In this document: piece by piece, positions 20,163 to 30,719 of the stretch
Position numbering within the stretch: position 1 is the stretch's first letter
How the letters are laid out: each line of letters starts with the position of its first letter
IMG/VR virus record: IMGVR_UViG_3300042526_000765
Span: 1-63,826 of that record
Direction: 5' to 3' (one strand)
Length of the DNA: 63,826 nucleotides
From: a virus
Lineage: Duplodnaviria; Caudoviricetes
The notes under the pieces: model-generated
Told to the model about the DNA's origin: nothing
The model's database searches: none
The model's input: only the letters and a program-made list of their open reading frames with translations
Position numbers and translations under genes: made by a program

Positions 20163-21164
20163 TTACCTCCGTCTATTTCGAGCTACTCCGGTCATTAAGG
20201 CACGATTTACTACTTTTCTAGGAGCACCTTCTACTCTGTTGTCTAGCATTGTAGTAAGTTTTCCTTCCATTTCAGCAATTTTAGCTGTAGCGTTAGTTAA
20301 TCCTTCAGTATCACCAAGGGCTTCTAAAACTCTCTGAGCTACTCTTTGAGCTAGAACCATGTGTAATTCTGTTGGGATATTAGGAACGCAGCTTTGACCT
20401 GCTAAGGGGAAGTAATCTCCTATTTCTAGATCTTTAGGAATAGAATCAGGATTTACGTTGATTATTTTTGAAGTAGAGTTTACTGAATTTATTGTAATGT
20501 CAATGTCTAATATATTATGGGGAGATTTTGCTTTTACAAAATCAAAAGTAGTCAATACTGTATTATTAGTTCCAGATTCATAAATACTATATCCAGTGGG
20601 GATACTGTCAAGTGTTATGTCTCCAGTAACTCTATTTATTGATTTTACAGTAGCTACAAGGGAATCTTTTACGATGGTGTTAGGTCTAAGATAATAATAA
20701 AAAGCTAGTGCGCCATATGGGGAAGGACCTACGCTAGGATGTAATACTACATCACTTCCCATCATATAAAATCTACGAAAGCCAGTGAAATCACTAGAAC
20801 CTGTACCGTTAGAAAGACCTGTATATCTGTCATCGACAGCTATTTGAGTCATTTCGTATTCATTTCCGGTGGTTTTATTTGGATTATCTTTAAAGCACAA
20901 CTCTCTAAGTTTACTAGCAAGTGCTCTTTCTGGGACGGGATAGTTTGATTTTTCGGCAACAAGAGGTACTATTTGTCTAAAAATAAAGTACTCTTCTTTC
21001 ATTTGTAGAATGGAAGGAACCATTCCGATCATCATTTCTTCATTCAAAAAGTCAATAAAGTCCTGATCACTAAATGTGTTTTGATTATCAGGAACCATGG
21101 CTCTACGCTTAATTGACTTAAGCAGTCCACTTGTAGTTAGACCTGCTTTGATTGAAGATGCCAT
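20163..21164 (-). CDS. Head-tail adaptor (tail tubular protein A-like)
   Basis: LLKSIKRRA...FIDFLNE N-terminal helices, VLHPS, YYLRP, PNIPTELHMVL. Confidence 0.7.
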   Translation of the reverse strand: MASSIKAGLTTSGLLKSIKRRAMVPDNQNTFSDQDFIDFLNEEMMIGMVPSILQMKEEYFIFRQIVPLVAEKSNYPVPERALASKLRELCFKDNPNKTTGNEYEMTQIAVDDRYTGLSNGTGSSDFTGFRRFYMMGSDVVLHPSVGPSPYGALAFYYYLRPNTIVKDSLVATVKSINRVTGDITLDSIPTGYSIYESGTNNTVLTTFDFVKAKSPHNILDIDITINSVNSTSKIINVNPDSIPKDLEIGDYFPLAGQSCVPNIPTELHMVLAQRVAQRVLEALGDTEGLTNATAKIAEMEGKLTTMLDNRVEGAPRKVVNRALMTGVARNRRR

Positions 21165-21526
21165 TATTTTCTCTTAGCTTTAAGTTCTTCGATCTGTCTT
21201 TCTAATTCTTTAATTTTCTCTTCGGAATCTTCTTCAGAATCTTCCATGTCTTCGGAATCTTTCATATCTTCAGATTCTTCTGAATCGTCTTCCATTTTAC
21301 TTTCTAGGATATCTTCTGCTTTTTCCAGACCTTTTTTAAGTCCTTCTTCAGAATCAGAAGCGACAGTAACTCTTTTAGAATCCTTAATACCTTCCGTTAA
21401 GTCCTCTCCAAGCATGTCAGACAGCTCTTTTGCCATAGCAGCTTTAGCTTCCATGTCGTGTCCTTTTTTAGGTCCGCCTTGCTCATGTTGCTTTTTAGAC
21501 AACAATTTCATAAATTCTTGCATCAT
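21164..21526 (-). CDS. Acidic low-complexity late protein
   Basis: EDSE repeats; basic termini; own late-promoter motif. Confidence 0.7.
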   Translation of the reverse strand: MMQEFMKLLSKKQHEQGGPKKGHDMEAKAAMAKELSDMLGEDLTEGIKDSKRVTVASDSEEGLKKGLEKAEDILESKMEDDSEESEDMKDSEDMEDSEEDSEEKIKELERQIEELKAKRK

Positions 21527-21556
21527 AAGTTCCCCTTTTTACGATTATATCCTATG

Positions 21557-21566
21557 TACATTTGTT
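21557..21566 (-). promoter_or_regulatory. Putative late promoter AACAAATGTA
   Basis: Immediately downstream of the terminator and upstream of 21526. Confidence 0.7.
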
Positions 21567-21573
21567 TTTTTAT

Positions 21574-21602
21574 AAAAAAAGAGAGGAGATTTCTCTCCTC
21601 TC
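21574..21602 (-). terminator. Rho-independent terminator
   Basis: 9-bp stem GAGAGGAGA/TCTCCTCTC, GAAA loop, T7 tract on the - strand. Confidence 0.9.
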
Positions 21603-21612
21603 CATAAGTTAA

Positions 21613-24600
21613 TTATCCTACTACTAAAGAAGTAGATTCGATTATTGCACCAGCATCTGTTAAACGTGTACCAGCCCAATATGTGGTTCCTGCAGCATAT
21701 GAACCTATAGAAAGTTCAAGTCCATTGATTACAACAGAAACTTGTCCACCGGAAGTCATTTTAAATGTTACAGTATTCAACCCTGAAGAAAGAGGGCTAA
21801 ATCCATAAGCAGTTATAGAACTTCCCTGATCACTTCCATTACCTAATTTAGGGCTATTTGTTCCGTTCAAACTAATAAATTGCCCAGATCCGTACCTCCA
21901 AGAACTTTGAGAGGAATTTGAAAATCCGATTAAAGAAGGATTGCCCTCATTATTTCCAAATGAGAAACCATTAAAAGTATAAGTAATTTCAAAAGGACCA
22001 TTAAATCCTACTTCATTAGTAACTGAAGGCGAGTTACCCGGGAAATTTTTTGAAATATATCCGTTACTTCCAGTAGTGTAATGAATTGGATCTACATTAT
22101 GCCAAGTCATAGCGTTAGGATTTACTCCACCGCCTCCGCCAGAACCGCCCCCACCTTCGTCATTACCAGCATCTACAAACGAATAAGTTACAAAAATCTT
22201 ATCTCCGTTAGCAACTGCTTCATCACCACCAGACGCAAAACTTCCTGTGAAAGTAATTCTAGTAACATCAGAAACTACAGATACTGTAAAGTCTTCATCT
22301 TTATGAAGAGCAAGACGACCTACGAAAACAACTAGAGACATATCGTCAACTTCGTGAGCTAAGTCAACATGAGAAGTTCCTACGCCATTAGAGCCTACTA
22401 GAAAGCTTTCTTTATTGAAAGAAACACTCTCTAAAGAACTAATTCTAACAGCTAAAGATTCTTCAGATGCAATTGCACGAGATTCTTCAGAGTCAATACC
22501 AGCTTGTAGTGTAGATTCCGCAGCCATCGCACGAGATTCTTCTGCGTTTACATCAGATGTTCTGTTTGAAATTTCTTGAGTAAGTCTACTATCAGAATAA
22601 GTGATCTGACTTTGTAAACTGTTTAAAGATACTGTTACTGCAGAAACAGCATTAGTTATGTTAGATTGTACACTGGCTTCTGCAGCTACTGCGCGTGATT
22701 GTTCAGAGCTAATAGAAGAACTAAACTGAGACTGTAAACTAGACTCAGCAGCCATTGCACGAGACTCTTCAGAATCTAAATCTGAACGAATATCTTGAGC
22801 ATATCCATCTAGATCATTTAATTCAGATTGAAGTGAAGACTCAGCAGCCATAGCCCTTGATTCTTCAGATTCGATATCTGATTGTAAACTAGATTCCGCA
22901 CTCATTGCACGAGACTCTTCAGAATCTACATCAGCTTGTCGAGCAGAAATCTCTTGATTTAATGAAGTTACTATTGAAGCTTCTGCTACCATAGCTCTTG
23001 ATTGTTCCGCTTGAATATTACCAGAAGAGTTACCTGCTAAAGTAGAGATAGTTCCCTGTAAAGTGTTATCTGCAGCTTGAAAAGCTGATACGATTTCAGT
23101 TAATGAATCTAAAGCGGCAGAATCGATATTGGTTAATACATTATCAATTTGTCCTTGTAAATCAGAAACTTCACCGTCTACATACATTTTAGTTACTGGA
23201 TCAGATTCTAAAACATCAAGTCTAGATTCATGATCTGTAAGTTGCATTTGTAAACTAGATTCTGCAGCTTCTGCGCGTGATTCTTCTGAATCAATACCAG
23301 ATTGTAAACTAGATTCTGCAGCCATTGCTCTTGATTCTTCATCATCGATAGCGACTTGTAATTGAGATTCAGCAAATTCTGCGCGAGATTCTTCGGAATC
23401 AATATTTGCTTGTAGTGTTGATTCTACCGATTGTGCACGAGATTGTTCAGAACTAATAGAAGAACTGAATTGAACTTGTAAACTAGATTCCGCACTCATT
23501 GCGCGAGACTCTTCTCCATCAATATCTGACTGTAAAGAAGATTCTGCTAATTGAGCACGAGATTGTTCTGCTGCAATAGCTGATTGAACACTAGAAATTT
23601 CTCCATCTACGTAAGCTTCTGTAGTTGGATTTGCTTCTAGACTAGATAATCTAGATTCTACTTCCTCTACGTGAGAATCAAAACTTGATTGAATAGAAGA
23701 TTCAATTCCCATTGCACGAGATTCTTCTGAGTCAATATGTGCTTGAAGGGTTGATTCTTCTACTTGAGCACGAGATTGCTCTGCCGTAATAGCAGATTGT
23801 AAACTAGACTCAGCAGCCATTGCGCGAGATTCTTCTACATTTACGTCAGATGCTCTATCTGAAATTTCTTGAGTAAGTCTACTGTCAGAATATATAATTT
23901 GACTTTGTAAACTGTTTAAAGAAGTTGTTACCGCAGAAACCGCATTATTTACATTAGATTGTACACTAGCTTCAGCAAGCATTGCTCGTGATTGCTCTGC
24001 AGTAATAGCAGACTGTAAACTAGACTCGGCAGCCATTGCACGAGACTCTTCCTCGTCAATTGCGTCAGACGAATTAGCTGCTAGTGTAGAGATAGTTCCC
24101 TGTAAATCGCTGTCGGCAGATTGAAAAGCTGAAACGATTTCAGTTAACGAATCCAAAGCTGCAGGATCAAGATTACTTAATACGTTGTCGATTTGATCTT
24201 GTAAACCAGAAACTTCACCGTCTACATATTCTTTTGTAGTGGGGTCTTGCTCTAAAACGTCAAGTCTAGATTCATGATCTGTGATTTGAGTTTGTAAGCT
24301 AGATTCTGCTAACATAGCTCTTGATTCTTCAGAATCAACATCTGCTTGTCTAGCGGAGATTTCTTGATTTAATGAAGTTACAATAGAAGCTTCCGCAGCC
24401 ATTGCTCTTGATTCTTCCTCGTCAACAAGTTGACTTTGGTCTGTAGAATTACCAGAAATTAAAGCTCTGATACTAGATTCTTCAGCCATTGCACGAGATT
24501 CTTCTGCTTCAATTTCAGATTTTAATCCTACTTCTTGTCCTTTTACTAAAACTTCATCAGTAGCTCCTAGCTTGATAAGTTCTCGTTCCGTTCCAGTAGA

Positions 24601-24696
24601 GTCTACTGCCCTAACGGCTTGGTTTTGAAGAAGTTTTAATTTTGTCGAGTCGATCTGATCGTTCCCGATAAACTTCTTTTTAATTTGTTGTGCCAT
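21613..24696 (-). CDS. Long acidic coiled-coil fibre protein
   Basis: About 20 E[EQ]SRAxxAESSLQ repeats, two AALDSLTEIVSAF fibre motifs, Gly linker, distinct C-terminal domain. Confidence 0.8.
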   Translation of the reverse strand: MAQQIKKKFIGNDQIDSTKLKLLQNQAVRAVDSTGTERELIKLGATDEVLVKGQEVGLKSEIEAEESRAMAEESSIRALISGNSTDQSQLVDEEESRAMAAEASIVTSLNQEISARQADVDSEESRAMLAESSLQTQITDHESRLDVLEQDPTTKEYVDGEVSGLQDQIDNVLSNLDPAALDSLTEIVSAFQSADSDLQGTISTLAANSSDAIDEEESRAMAAESSLQSAITAEQSRAMLAEASVQSNVNNAVSAVTTSLNSLQSQIIYSDSRLTQEISDRASDVNVEESRAMAAESSLQSAITAEQSRAQVEESTLQAHIDSEESRAMGIESSIQSSFDSHVEEVESRLSSLEANPTTEAYVDGEISSVQSAIAAEQSRAQLAESSLQSDIDGEESRAMSAESSLQVQFSSSISSEQSRAQSVESTLQANIDSEESRAEFAESQLQVAIDDEESRAMAAESSLQSGIDSEESRAEAAESSLQMQLTDHESRLDVLESDPVTKMYVDGEVSDLQGQIDNVLTNIDSAALDSLTEIVSAFQAADNTLQGTISTLAGNSSGNIQAEQSRAMVAEASIVTSLNQEISARQADVDSEESRAMSAESSLQSDIESEESRAMAAESSLQSELNDLDGYAQDIRSDLDSEESRAMAAESSLQSQFSSSISSEQSRAVAAEASVQSNITNAVSAVTVSLNSLQSQITYSDSRLTQEISNRTSDVNAEESRAMAAESTLQAGIDSEESRAIASEESLAVRISSLESVSFNKESFLVGSNGVGTSHVDLAHEVDDMSLVVFVGRLALHKDEDFTVSVVSDVTRITFTGSFASGGDEAVANGDKIFVTYSFVDAGNDEGGGGSGGGGGVNPNAMTWHNVDPIHYTTGSNGYISKNFPGNSPSVTNEVGFNGPFEITYTFNGFSFGNNEGNPSLIGFSNSSQSSWRYGSGQFISLNGTNSPKLGNGSDQGSSITAYGFSPLSSGLNTVTFKMTSGGQVSVVINGLELSIGSYAAGTTYWAGTRLTDAGAIIESTSLVVG

Positions 24697-24719
24697 ATAT
24701 TTATTCCCTCCTCAGAGAA

Positions 24720-25097
24720 TTAGTGCTGAACAATCAGCACATCGTTAAGTTCTATAAAATTATCTAATCCCATATCTTCCCAAGAAACTACGCTTCCCGA
24801 AACGACATAATCTACTCCATTTACTTGACTTGTACCATTTACAAAAGTTATAGATACACTTTCTGCCGATATGGGAATATGTGGTAGAGTTAAAGATTTA
24901 TCATTTATATTTTGTTGAGTTACTATTACTGTGTATAAAATAAAACCTGAACGTCTTCTAGGTATCCAATCGCTAACAGCAGAAACACCTACAGAAAAAA
25001 ATTCTTCATTAGTTACCGTATTAATCCAGTGCATACCTGCTTCAGGCGGTGCGGCATTTGGATTACTAGGTTTTCTTACAATATGAGGATTTATCAT
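24720..25097 (-). CDS. Putative fibre-associated structural protein
   Basis: AAPPEAGMHWINT and NGTSQVNGVDYVVSG motifs. Confidence 0.65.
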   Translation of the reverse strand: MINPHIVRKPSNPNAAPPEAGMHWINTVTNEEFFSVGVSAVSDWIPRRRSGFILYTVIVTQQNINDKSLTLPHIPISAESVSITFVNGTSQVNGVDYVVSGSVVSWEDMGLDNFIELNDVLIVQH

Positions 25098-25297
25098 GAT
25101 TCAAAATCATCATCAGCGTAAAGAATTGAATCTTCATCAAAAGCTATATCTAAATTTGCATATTCTCTAGAAGGATCTTCGGTTCTGTCAATTAATATAC
25201 TGGTAATGACTTTGCCTCTTGTCAAGATCTTCTCTTTAGGAACAGTTTCTGCTACATATTCAAAATTAGCTGTAAATGGGTTAAATTTTAACTTCAT
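25094..25297 (-). CDS. Small putative structural protein
   Basis: MKLKFNPFTANFEYV start; coupled within the fibre cluster. Confidence 0.65.
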   Translation of the reverse strand: MKLKFNPFTANFEYVAETVPKEKILTRGKVITSILIDRTEDPSREYANLDIAFDEDSILYADDDFES

Positions 25298-25298
25298 A

Positions 25299-26288
25299 CT
25301 AAATCCTTTCTACAGAATTGATACTTCCATCAGTCGAGTATGACAAAACTAGAGTTACTAATAAGTTTCTACTTTCCCCCATTTTTTGTGCAAGAATAGT
25401 AAATCCTGCAGAATTCTCGAAGGTTATAGCAGATTCTCCAATTTTTTTGTTTGCAATAAGCAAATTATCACTATCTATATTTGTTATAAATTTTGAAGTA
25501 GAATCCAGTACTAATTTAGTATTATTAGCAACTTCTGTACTTTTTGCGTTATTTGAAATATTTACCATAAGACCCGTTTTTCCGGGAATATTAGGATTTA
25601 CTCCGGTTCCACCTACGTTATACCAAACATAGTAGCTATCCTCATTTTCCGAAGAATTTAAGACAAAGTACTTATTATTAAGCAAAATAGGATTTATACC
25701 TTCTGTGTTTTTTATAAAAAGATTAGCATTCCCATCTTTAGAATTTGATCTTTTTCCAGCGGATGAACTTGAAATTATTACATAATACGAACTATATATC
25801 GCTACAAATTTGGTATCTATGCTTAAAGTATTAGCAACTCGTTTAGCGACCGTTTCGTGATCGTGAGAACTTAATAAGTTTATCTCTATATCCCTATAGC
25901 ATTCAGAATTATTTGGCTTTGAGTTATTAAAGTTTACATTAAACCAAACCATAACAGCTCCAGTATCATCGTGTATTACGAAATACTGTCCAGCTAAAGA
26001 GTTAGCTGATCTGTTTATAAAATTGATTGTGCTCTTATGAGCCGACCCTAGTTCATTACCTTTGAAAATTATTTTCATTTCCTGATATGTACCATTGGAA
26101 TAGTACATAGCTTTACCAACTTGACCAGCCGCACTTCCTGTAGTTATATACTCTAATTCCACTTTACCGTATCTTGCAGGTACTAAACTATTTACCGTTA
26201 CTACATCTAAAGCTTTTGCTTCTTCGTTATGAGAATTAGTAATAGCTCCAGTATGATCTAGTGTAGTAGGTTTATGATTTTGAGACAT
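25299..26288 (-). CDS. Putative structural protein with internal domain duplication
   Basis: LAGQYFVI...VWFNV...ETVAKRV repeated as LNNKYFVL...VWYNV...TEVANNT. Confidence 0.7.
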   Translation of the reverse strand: MSQNHKPTTLDHTGAITNSHNEEAKALDVVTVNSLVPARYGKVELEYITTGSAAGQVGKAMYYSNGTYQEMKIIFKGNELGSAHKSTINFINRSANSLAGQYFVIHDDTGAVMVWFNVNFNNSKPNNSECYRDIEINLLSSHDHETVAKRVANTLSIDTKFVAIYSSYYVIISSSSAGKRSNSKDGNANLFIKNTEGINPILLNNKYFVLNSSENEDSYYVWYNVGGTGVNPNIPGKTGLMVNISNNAKSTEVANNTKLVLDSTSKFITNIDSDNLLIANKKIGESAITFENSAGFTILAQKMGESRNLLVTLVLSYSTDGSINSVERI

Positions 26289-26296
26289 AAAATCCT

Positions 26297-29200
26297 TTAA
26301 ATACCCGTAGTAAATGCTCTGAACTTCATAGTTCCAGAAACAAATCCAGAGTAAGTAGAGCTGCTGTATCTAACTTGACCAGTAGAATCTACATCAAATG
26401 TTATATTGGTGTTATCCCCTCTACTTATAATAGATAGTACCCATCCAGATGAAAGTTGAATTCCATTTAATTCAAATTGTTCACTTAAATCCGCAGTAGC
26501 ATCTATAACCACTGAAACTAACGCACTAAAAGATTTTATACTTGCGCTAGGAAAAATAAAATCTGTAATAGAAGTACTTATTTGACTTTCAATAATAGAG
26601 AAAGATTTCTCAATAATATCGCCAGAAGATCCAATAGAAGCATTTAATGTTTGTAAATTTACAGCATCTGTTAATCCTACTGGATTTGCTAGATTAGTTA
26701 TTTTAAATCCGCCTAAAGATTGATTAGCAGTAAAAGCTACAGATCCGTTCTTTTTTATAACTGCACTGTCTAATGCTCTAGTATCTATATCTGCTTGTAG
26801 AGTTGATTCTATTACATCTATTTGTGTCTGCGTGTAGTATCTTGCATCACCTCTTGCTTCTGTTAAATACTGAATATGATCATCATCTGCTAATCCCGAT
26901 AATAAACTGTGTTCAGTAGCTTCTCCTGCTGGGGTGTATAGTTGAGTTCCTCTAAAATCTACGTAATTTGCTCCGTTAATATTTCTTACTCTAGCATCCG
27001 GAATATTGGCGTACGTGTTTGTTTGGAATACTACAGTTCCAATAGCAACAAATTCAGCAAAAGGTAATCCAGATAAAGTAGTGATTTCTGTGCTTGCGGC
27101 ATTTCTAGCTGCAGGAATATCATTATACTGAGCAATACCCTGAATACCGACAACCGGAGTCTCTTTGTCGTTTGTAGCAAAAAAATGAACTAGCACAAAC
27201 TTATTAGAATCTACCGCTGTAAGTTGCCAAGAACCAGCTACATATTGATTGAAAGGAATTCTTGGACCAGAATAATATATACCATCATTATATAATAAAG
27301 GAAATGCATCAGCCGCTTTCTTTCTCCATAACTGCCCTTGTCTAAAAAGAATAGGGATTTGAGATTGAACAGGGTTTATTAAAAGAAGATCCTCGTCTCG
27401 GATAGATCCTTCGTCTGCTGTAAATTGAGCGTGTGAATCAAGACTACCATCGCCAATTGTAAAACTTTGTAAAGCTAAACCTGATAAGTATCTTGCTCCA
27501 AAAGTAGTGTGTAAGTAGATATGAGTAGCCCCATCCATAGTAATGCCGTGTCTTTCCTCGGCAAAATAAGAATGTTTATTAACATCAGTATTCCAATAGA
27601 TAACTGTTACAAAAGCATATTGTTCAATTATAGCACTTGTAAATGTCTGCGTAGTGGCTAGGTTTCCTACGTCATTAAAATATACGTAATGATTTCCAGC
27701 TAAATTAGGTATTGTTATACTTTGAGAAGTAGTTTTTGTGAATTTAGTTCCTTTAGTATAAAAACTAAAAGAAGTAGTTACTGGTTGAATTGTAAACAAT
27801 CTAGAAGAGTCGTCAAAAGAAGTGGTCGATTCTGTTCTATCTACAAATCCCGTAGGTTCTTTTGTATCTGTAGCAATATTAGAAACGACTGATGTTTTAT
27901 CATCTAATTCCTCAATTGCAGATTGAACTTCTGTAGCGGTAATAGTTCCATATGGCGTAAATGGAATATCTTCTGCTTCTAAACTTACAGCTCCAGTCTG
28001 AGTATTTACAGATTGGACAGGTGCTTGAGCTGAAGTAATATATCCGACAGGATTCGAAGCATCGTATTTTAAATTTAATGCAGTTTGTGTAGCAGTTGAA
28101 ATTGGCTTATTTAAATCCGAAGTGTTATCTACGTTACTTAATCCAACCTGAGTTTTTGTAACTGCGTGAGGATTACTTAAATTTGCAATGTGGCTAGATA
28201 AATCGCTTTGTATTGCCGATTTTATTCTTAGATCAATTTCTTGTTTTACAGTAGGAGAGTTCACCCCTAGTGTTTCAACCATAAACTGAACTTCATTTAC
28301 AGGCTCTCCCGAATCTGATCCAAAAGAAGCTGTTAAAACTATCTCCGCTGGATTTTGATCTCCTGCGGAAGATATTGTACTTTTTGTTAATTGTATTCTT
28401 GGTAATTCTGGGTGAGCTGCTGGTTCGTCTCCAAAGTAAACTAAATACTTAACCCCAGCTACTGCTACTGGTACTAAAGGATTAGCATAGACTACTTTTG
28501 AATGAGCAAATCCCGGAGCAATATCTCCAGTGCCTGTTGGGAAAGTGTAAACTGCTAATATAGGATAAGCAGTTATAGCATCAAAAGTCATAACAGCATA
28601 TGCTGAAAAATTACCTAAGGTGATTGTACCTTGAGAAGTTCCATCAAAAAAATACCAATTTATTTTATAGCCAGCTACAGTATTTTTAAAATACCAACCG
28701 TCTCGAATAAGTCCATTACTATAAATATTAGTACTTGGATCTTTTACTCCCGGTCTTGCATCTGCATATATTTGTAAGTTATCCTCAAATGCATGGAATT
28801 TTTTTACGCTATTGATTTCTTCTAAGTTATCTAACCTTCCATCAATTGCAGTTAATTCTGTTTGAGTGGCGTTAGATATCGGTTTATTTAAGTCTGAAGT
28901 ATTATCTACATTGGATAATCCTATATCGGATTTATTTAAAACTACTATGCCAACTTTACCATTTACTGAATTAACTTCAGAAGGAGATACTTCTATATAA
29001 ATACTACCGGACCATCTGTATTGTTTATTTGTATCTAAAGTTACGTATATCTTTCCTGTTTCTCCAATCGAAGGTAATGTTGAAAAAGAGGATACTTCTA
29101 TTACATCATCTACATAACTTGGCAAGTATACACTGTCAATTTTTGTAGAAGCGTTTAAAGGAGCTACTCCATTTGGTGCTCCTTTTTGCGATATATCTAT

Positions 29201-29746
29201 TTTATTATCTTCTAAATAATTAGTACGATCAGCTAACTGATCCAACGCTTCTGGAATAGTTGTCGGAGATGGCGACCAATCCGTTGCATCCGAAGGAGTA
29301 TAGGAATCATTAAAAGTAAAATCTATAGTCTTAGTAGCATTATCTCCAGATATATTGATACTACCATCACTAGACGTTAGATTTAGAGTTTCAATATCTG
29401 TAAGGTCATCGCCGGAAGGAACACCTATAGAATCTATAGCAGAACCTCCGGCATCACTAAAAGAAGAAGCTACTATTTTAACTTCATCGCTTACTGCGGA
29501 AAAACTAGTACATTCAATTTGAACTTCTTCGTAAGTAAAGACATTTACGGTTTCATTTGCATTTCCAGTAATTGTCTTTAATAAAACAAAGCTTGTTTGA
29601 TTTTGTATTCTTGCTTTAACTTCAAAAGTATTTCCAGAACCTGCGCCTTCTACGACAATTCTTATTTTACTTTCGTCAGTTACGTCAAAAATGCCAAGGA
29701 TTTGAGGAGAGGTAATCTTCTTATTAATCCTCATTTTTATTTCCAT
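26297..29746 (-). CDS. Tail fibre protein
   Basis: Two GLSNVDNTSDLNKPIS repeats, SVNGKVGIVVL, LPSYVDDVIE, GETGKIYV, DDHIQY, KITNLANP fibre motifs. Confidence 0.85.
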   Translation of the reverse strand: MEIKMRINKKITSPQILGIFDVTDESKIRIVVEGAGSGNTFEVKARIQNQTSFVLLKTITGNANETVNVFTYEEVQIECTSFSAVSDEVKIVASSFSDAGGSAIDSIGVPSGDDLTDIETLNLTSSDGSINISGDNATKTIDFTFNDSYTPSDATDWSPSPTTIPEALDQLADRTNYLEDNKIDISQKGAPNGVAPLNASTKIDSVYLPSYVDDVIEVSSFSTLPSIGETGKIYVTLDTNKQYRWSGSIYIEVSPSEVNSVNGKVGIVVLNKSDIGLSNVDNTSDLNKPISNATQTELTAIDGRLDNLEEINSVKKFHAFEDNLQIYADARPGVKDPSTNIYSNGLIRDGWYFKNTVAGYKINWYFFDGTSQGTITLGNFSAYAVMTFDAITAYPILAVYTFPTGTGDIAPGFAHSKVVYANPLVPVAVAGVKYLVYFGDEPAAHPELPRIQLTKSTISSAGDQNPAEIVLTASFGSDSGEPVNEVQFMVETLGVNSPTVKQEIDLRIKSAIQSDLSSHIANLSNPHAVTKTQVGLSNVDNTSDLNKPISTATQTALNLKYDASNPVGYITSAQAPVQSVNTQTGAVSLEAEDIPFTPYGTITATEVQSAIEELDDKTSVVSNIATDTKEPTGFVDRTESTTSFDDSSRLFTIQPVTTSFSFYTKGTKFTKTTSQSITIPNLAGNHYVYFNDVGNLATTQTFTSAIIEQYAFVTVIYWNTDVNKHSYFAEERHGITMDGATHIYLHTTFGARYLSGLALQSFTIGDGSLDSHAQFTADEGSIRDEDLLLINPVQSQIPILFRQGQLWRKKAADAFPLLYNDGIYYSGPRIPFNQYVAGSWQLTAVDSNKFVLVHFFATNDKETPVVGIQGIAQYNDIPAARNAASTEITTLSGLPFAEFVAIGTVVFQTNTYANIPDARVRNINGANYVDFRGTQLYTPAGEATEHSLLSGLADDDHIQYLTEARGDARYYTQTQIDVIESTLQADIDTRALDSAVIKKNGSVAFTANQSLGGFKITNLANPVGLTDAVNLQTLNASIGSSGDIIEKSFSIIESQISTSITDFIFPSASIKSFSALVSVVIDATADLSEQFELNGIQLSSGWVLSIISRGDNTNITFDVDSTGQVRYSSSTYSGFVSGTMKFRAFTTGI

Positions 29747-29750
29747 ATGG

Positions 29751-30050
29751 CTACTCCTTATTTATTTTCTTAGAAAATGATCGTCCAAAATATAACGATG
29801 CACATATTATAAACAACTCTAAAGTATTATCAATATCTACACCATCTACCATCTTAGTAAATTTGTTTATTAAAGCAAAAATACTAAGGCAAAAAGATAT
29901 AATTAGTAAAGTTAGCGATATGCTTGGAGTTTTGTGTATAGGATCTTGAAACAAAACTATAGGTATGCCTTCTTTTTGAATTTTATCAAATATTCCAATT
30001 TCTTTCACAACTGGAGATTCTTTTTTATCTGTTTTAATTTTCTTTACCAT
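29751..30050 (-). CDS. Two-TM membrane protein, holin candidate
   Basis: Two hydrophobic helices with charged termini (LYFGRSFSKK). Confidence 0.55.
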   Translation of the reverse strand: MVKKIKTDKKESPVVKEIGIFDKIQKEGIPIVLFQDPIHKTPSISLTLLIISFCLSIFALINKFTKMVDGVDIDNTLELFIICASLYFGRSFSKKINKE

Positions 30051-30289
30051 TTTTTACAACTCCAATAACGAGCTGAAAGTTTAGTATTCTTTTGATCGCA
30101 TTTATGTCGCGCCCTAAAACTTTTACGTCTTTCTGGTATATGTTTTTTAATAGTCATATTTGGATCGCCAAAACGTACAATTTTCTCTTGTCCATTTTCG
30201 CAAGCCTTTACCACGAATTTTTTACGTTCCCCCGGAGTTCTTCTTGGAGTATTGCATCCTAGAGTATCCCTTAATTTTTTAAATCTCAC
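30044..30289 (-). CDS. Small basic conserved phage protein
   Basis: VRFGDPNMTIKK...RRKSFRARHKC...SARYWSCKKW, a pattern I recall from uncultured aquatic phages. Confidence 0.8.
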   Translation of the reverse strand: MRFKKLRDTLGCNTPRRTPGERKKFVVKACENGQEKIVRFGDPNMTIKKHIPERRKSFRARHKCDQKNTKLSARYWSCKKW

Positions 30290-30324
30290 GATAGCCTCTT
30301 TCTTAGTTTCTCAAATCTGGATTA

Positions 30325-30628
30325 TTATCCACGTAGAAGTTTCATAATTCTAGGAAATGGATTTTTATTTTCAAAGTTTTCAAATCTTTTTTTTTGCTCT
30401 TCCTCCAACTCTTCAACTTCTTTACTTGATAGACCTGATTTGTAAGAACCTTCCATATTTCCGCCCTCTTCTTCTCTCCACACATTTAGATTATCGAAAT
30501 GTCGATCCATATCTTTTTTAAACTTTTCTAAATTCCTAAGTTTTTGAGTTGCTTTATACCCCACCGAATCTTTATCGTTCTTCATATTATCTCCCATTTC
30601 TTCCTTTAACTTTTTTAAACTTAGACAT
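30325..30628 (-). pseudogene. Small late protein with a one-base slip in an A6 run near its start
   Basis: AGGA RBS and ATG at 30628; removing one A at 30611-30616 gives MSKFKKLKEEMGDNMK in frame with 30325..30597. Confidence 0.65.
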
Positions 30629-30719
30629 AAATAATTCCTATTGATTCATTGCCTTCATTAGTTGAAGCATTATTGGTTATTCGGATAAAATTGCTATTTA
30701 TTCTGTTGGTTTATTCATA

